Assembly (NCBI GenBank): GCA_040285855.1 | Contig: JAUFOQ010000004.1 | Coordinates: forward strand, 1,054,001-1,118,000 | Source: Eukaryota sp. GEM-RC1 | Lineage: Eukaryota | DNA: 64,000 nt | Reading direction: 5' to 3' | Shown here: positions 60,140 to 64,000 of the stretch, in pieces | Position numbering within the stretch: position 1 is the stretch's first letter | Layout of the letters: every line of letters begins with the position of its first letter | Notes under the pieces: generated by a model | What the model was told of the DNA's origin: nothing | Database searches by the model: none | The model's input: only the letters and a program-made list of their open reading frames with translations | Made by a program: the position numbers and the translations under genes

Positions 60140-60558
60140 TTAATCAAAAACTCTATCGCACCCGGGACAGTAATCCTCAACTCTAAATCCAAAGTACTCA
60201 AATACAAGTTCTGCTGGGGTGACAAGCGCTAACGGTGTCCTAAAACTACTTCGGTGAAAGAAACCAAGCATCGACCCATCCAAGCAATAGAACGGTGCAC
60301 CTGAATCTCCACTCGAATAGAAAATCGTTCCTATGGCAAAAGGCTGCTCTATAGAGTCCGGAGCTCTTATTAAATACTGGTTTCGAAACAATCGTGTTGG
60401 AGCTGATGAACAAACATGAAGTAGGTGTCCATCTGACTCAGTGAGACTGAGGTTGGACTCTGGACGAGCATCTCTAATCTTCGTAACAACTTGACCAAAA
60501 CAAAAGGCGCTTGCATGAGCAATTTTAAAAACAGTTTGATGGGATAAATCCAGATTGC
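60140..60558 (-). pseudogene. C-terminal half of a trypsin-like (Nal1/Ssy5-like) serine protease interrupted by a transposon
   Basis: Open frame SNLDLSHQTVFKIAHAS...SSGDSGAPFYCLDGSMLGFFH carrying the catalytic Ser motif GDSG. Confidence 0.8.
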
Positions 60559-60645
60559 TACTACTACTGTGAAATTTTTTTTAAGTGCATATGTGAGATT
60601 TTTCCAATTTCCTCTCAGAGTAATATCTCACAGCCCATTTTCTGC

Positions 60646-61709
60646 ATGACCTTATCTTTTGACCTTCTCTGCGATCCTGAAGTAGATCTCTTTACTCTTA
60701 CACATCATGCGAGTGAAGATACGAAAGTACGTGCTGTATGGACATATTTGTGGCTCGAAAAAACTCAAGCAGAGGTTTCTTCTTACTACGCGATCAATCA
60801 ATCTACTCTATCTCGATGGGTTAGACAAGCGTTTAAACCGAAAGAATCCCATCTTAGGGACATATCCATATTAGATGATCATGATAGAGACTTCATTCTG
60901 ACAACTCTTGAGGAAACACCGGAGCTATATCTTAGGGAAATCGTAGAATTGTTGCTTCATCAACGCCATAAAAGTGTTAGTGTCAGTACAATACATCGTT
61001 TCTTAATACACTCAGGATACTCTTGGAAGCGATGCCAAATATTAGTCAAGAGAGCCAAACGGAGCTTAATAGTCGCTTTCGAGAACAGACTTCTAATGAC
61101 TATTGGACCCATCCGACAACATCGTCTGCTGTTTGTTGATGAAATAACTTTCAGGGCTGGAGACTTTGAACGAACCAGTGTTTGGTCCCCTAAAGGAGCT
61201 CCAGTACATAAACTCATGTCTACTCAGGTTTCTCAACCGATCTCGGCTTGTGTTGCTATTGATATCAATGGATATGTTATGGCACATATCCAAGAAGGCC
61301 ACTTCAACCGATCTCAGTTCGTCTCATTTTTAACCTCTCTTATTTCTCATGGAATTCTTTATACTTTTGGTGGTCCACGAAGTTGTATTGTGTTGGACGG
61401 TTGTAATATCCACAACCATGACAATATCATACATGGTATGCGTAAAGCAGGAGTGGCATACCACATTCTTCCACCTTATTGCCCGGATTCTAATCCGATT
61501 GAAACCTTTTTTCAAAGTTTCGTAAAATTGTCCGTGCAAATAGAAGACAATACAGTGAGTTGCGTCCTATTGCGTATCTACACTTGATTCTGGAGTATTT
61601 TATGCGATTTAATTGTTCTGATATCTTTGACCATGGTGGTTGGAAAGAGAATCAAATCTATCAATCTCCATATTTGATTAAACCTCACCTTAACAAAAAT
61701 TTAGAATAA
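60646..61709 (+). CDS. DD34E transposase (IS630/Tc1); 1-nt frameshift in the T-run near 61510
   Basis: HTH (QAEVSSYYAINQSTLSRWV; PELYLREI..VSVSTIHRFL), LFVDE, VLDG, LPPYCPDSNPIE with 34 residues between D and E; the shifted frame stays open to TAA at 61709. Confidence 0.92.
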
Positions 61710-61724
61710 TAAAACTGTTGATAT

Positions 61725-62621
61725 TTATTGAAGTGGGTGTGAGTTCTCTACATTCAATGCCCCATTAAATTGAGTAACTAGAGCATGACACATTGCAGCC
61801 TTCTTAACTGATCTTTTTCTGGCTGTTCTCATTATGTCTGGAAGATCTTCAATGAGGTCCTCTACACCCTTTCTTCTTTTTCTCTCAACTGTTTCTAAAC
61901 GCCGAGCTAGCTCTTCAACCATAAATCCCATTTCAAAACCGTCTGTTTCGTCGTCGAGTGGCAGGTCAACTCGTCTAAAAAGGTGAGCTAGTTGGTTGGG
62001 TACAGTGTTCGCTTGAACGGTAGCATCCTTTAGAAACAACTCTGCCCAGGAATTCCAAGCACTTAGAGGAGCATTCAAAGTGTCGTTCAGCTCTTTAAGT
62101 TGTTCCACAGAAATCCTGCGACATTCCTCTTTCACGCTCGCCTTCTTGAAGGCAGTATAGTCAGCGGGGCTAACGTTTTCAGGTGAAACTCTGATGGAGA
62201 AAGCATGTAGTTTCTTTTTTTCGTTCGCAGTAGTTGACCAGCTCAACACCCATCCACTGATGGTATCTGCGGTTACCTTGGCAAATTCATAGGTTCTTCC
62301 ATATTCGAACATAAATTTCGGTTCTGCTTCAGGGTGTGCCATCAACTGCTGTTGCTGTACGAAAGAGTTATAGACGGAGATGAAGAGGTTTTGAAGGGTG
62401 GGAGGTGTAAGATCGCTAAGATCCCTGTAGTAAACATCAAGACTGTCTATGTCAATTTTATTCTTCTTTCGAGAAGAAAGACAAAAAAGGACACCTACAG
62501 AGACCTTAAAATAATCTTCTCTTGGAAGAAGACCTACAGCGCTGGATGTCGGAATTATAGACAGATCTAAACGCCGACGGACAGTGGGAGTTGTAGAAGG
62601 AGGAGAAGAAACAGAGGACAT
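61725..62621 (-). CDS. Unknown 298-aa protein inside the Tc1/IS630 element
   Basis: Intact ATG ORF starting 65 bp inside the right TIR and ending 15 bp from the transposase stop. Confidence 0.75.
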   Translation of the reverse strand: MSSVSSPPSTTPTVRRRLDLSIIPTSSAVGLLPREDYFKVSVGVLFCLSSRKKNKIDIDSLDVYYRDLSDLTPPTLQNLFISVYNSFVQQQQLMAHPEAEPKFMFEYGRTYEFAKVTADTISGWVLSWSTTANEKKKLHAFSIRVSPENVSPADYTAFKKASVKEECRRISVEQLKELNDTLNAPLSAWNSWAELFLKDATVQANTVPNQLAHLFRRVDLPLDDETDGFEMGFMVEELARRLETVERKRRKGVEDLIEDLPDIMRTARKRSVKKAAMCHALVTQFNGALNVENSHPLQ

Positions 62622-62688
62622 GGCTGTGAGAAAATTGTGTGAGAATGTTGTAAAATATGCATTTCAGATGAAATTCACAGTAGTAGTA

Positions 62689-63731
62689 CTAGTACCGACT
62701 ATTGTTCCATTAAATTCAACTCGACCAGTAGTTGCTTCGACTTTTTCCATAACCCCGGCCATCCTAAGTGTTTGTTACAGTAAGGAATACCAGGAAGCAA
62801 TTCCACTGCGGCCATGTCTATCCAAACAGGGACGTCATTAACTAAGACTTCTTTCTTGCACGAACTTGGGTGCAGATTCCCATGTGCGATAACATCTGCT
62901 GTTGTATCGAAAGCATGGTTACTCTGTGATGGTTGACAAATCTCAATAACACCATCCTGTGGAGCATTGTCTACTACATGTTTACAAGTAAGTACATAAG
63001 ACTGACCGGATGAGTCCTCAGCTACATATGACAATGAACCATGATAGGAAGAGCCACATAGACCAGTATCACTCCCAGTCATCAGAGGGCGAAATACAAC
63101 TCCGGTAAAGTATTTGTGACGTCGCGATTCTACGAGAAGTTCACTTCGTGGATCTTCAACCATTGCTATAGGATTCCATGGGAGATACAACAATGGAAAC
63201 CCATTGAACTCAGGCGGAAGGTGGCAATCCTCAATATAAGGTCTGAACCAGAGATCAATTACCAGAACTACTAGACAAGTGTTATTGAGACTGGAAATGG
63301 GGAATACTAGGATGGGTATGAGGATTCATACCAGCGATTGAATCAACCAATTTGCGTTGGAGTTCTGCTGCGGCCTCTGTAGCAGCTTTGTGATCGGAGT
63401 CTGTCTCTGTTAAAAATGTGGAAAAGAAAGCACGCATTCCCATTAAGTCATCGGTATCAATGGTTGCTTCAGAGGGATAAATGACTGGGGTTGAGTTGAA
63501 ATGGTCTGTGGATTGTTTCTCTTGACCAAAATGCATTATATATGGTTTGTTGTAGGGATAGTGCTCGTATGTGGTATTTAGACCTACATATCGGACTAGA
63601 TAAGCATTACCATCGATTAACTGACGGAACTCCAAGAGATCACGACATGCAATGTTGAATTCGTCTTGGTTTGTTGTTCCAAAGACATCATCAGCATCTC
63701 CAAAGTACGTTGTCGGATTGTAGTGGGGCAT
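62689..63731 (-). pseudogene. N-terminal part of the interrupted trypsin-like (Nal1/Ssy5-like) protease
   Basis: CLVVLV..HLPPEFNGFPL pro-region, GSL, YVLTCKHVV (catalytic His), EICQPS, IDMAAVE (catalytic Asp); contains frameshifts. Confidence 0.75.
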
Positions 63732-64000
63732 AAAAAGCAGTTCTGCGAATAACAGATATCTTCACCCTATGGACGATGGGATATCACTCAATTTTACCAT
63801 GCTGGCTGTTCAAGGAACCGTTGAAAAGCGTCTTTAGTTTCAATATGAGTGTGACTTCTAGTGAGCAATTAACTGAGGAAGTGACTAGGATCGGTATGCA
63901 AAAATTCCATTTCAATTTCAATTTTGACAAAATTTCGTTCCATATCGAATAAACTTGCATATTTTACCTGGTCAAACAGATCCGTTTTATGTAACCACTC

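Larger units (their letters stand above)
60561..62686. mobile_element. Tc1/IS630-type DNA transposon, 2126 bp, with two convergent ORFs
   Basis: TIR CTACTACTGTGAA(A/T)TT..~TGCATAT at both ends; TA duplication at 60559-60560 and 62687-62688. Confidence 0.92.

Noticed and set aside
6735..61709. Widespread programmed ribosomal frameshifting or RNA editing, suggested by frameshifts in CPSF1, MAK16, TPI, DPH6, the SEL1 kinase, the Tmc-like gene, TrxR and the transposase
   Set aside because: The shifts go in both directions, mostly sit in short homopolymers and share no slippery or stop motif. Long-read consensus error is much simpler. Mapping Illumina DNA and RNA reads would settle it.
61725..62621. 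ORF2 as a Fanzor associated with the IS630-like transposase
   Set aside because: No D-P-G, DE..TS..C..C or NRD motifs.

Overview
Gene-dense, AT-rich eukaryotic (protist) DNA. Introns are rare and very short (29-31 nt, GT-AG). Many 1-nt frameshifts fall mostly in short homopolymers and are most simply long-read consensus errors. Recognisable genes: CPSF160, a truncated elongin C/Skp1, a divergent mitochondrial carrier, MYG1, SET1, MAK16, a RING-kinase-SEL1 protein, DPH6, a very large TmcB-like membrane protein, TPI, a C11orf65/MFI-like protein, a JAMM protein, a SHIPPO-repeat protein, MPI, tRNA-Ala(AGC), a Pol alpha B subunit and an LRR protein. Intergenic DNA holds 5'-truncated RLE-type non-LTR retrotransposon ends and non-autonomous hAT-type elements with 8-bp TSDs, several of them nested. 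Highlights: (1) a selenocysteine thioredoxin reductase (C-U-G-stop with a type-2 SECIS) apparently fused behind a DUF4395-like CxxC membrane domain; (2) a degenerate Fanzor/TnpB gene followed by a hairpin plus pseudoknot resembling an omegaRNA scaffold; (3) a 2.1-kb DD34E Tc1/IS630 element with a second, unknown convergent ORF, inserted at TA inside a trypsin-like protease gene; (4) an RNase H1-like protein with two hybrid-binding domains but no catalytic acidic residues; (5) hAT MITEs repeatedly inserted into or beside the termini of other hAT elements. All family assignments are from motif recognition by eye; no searches were run.
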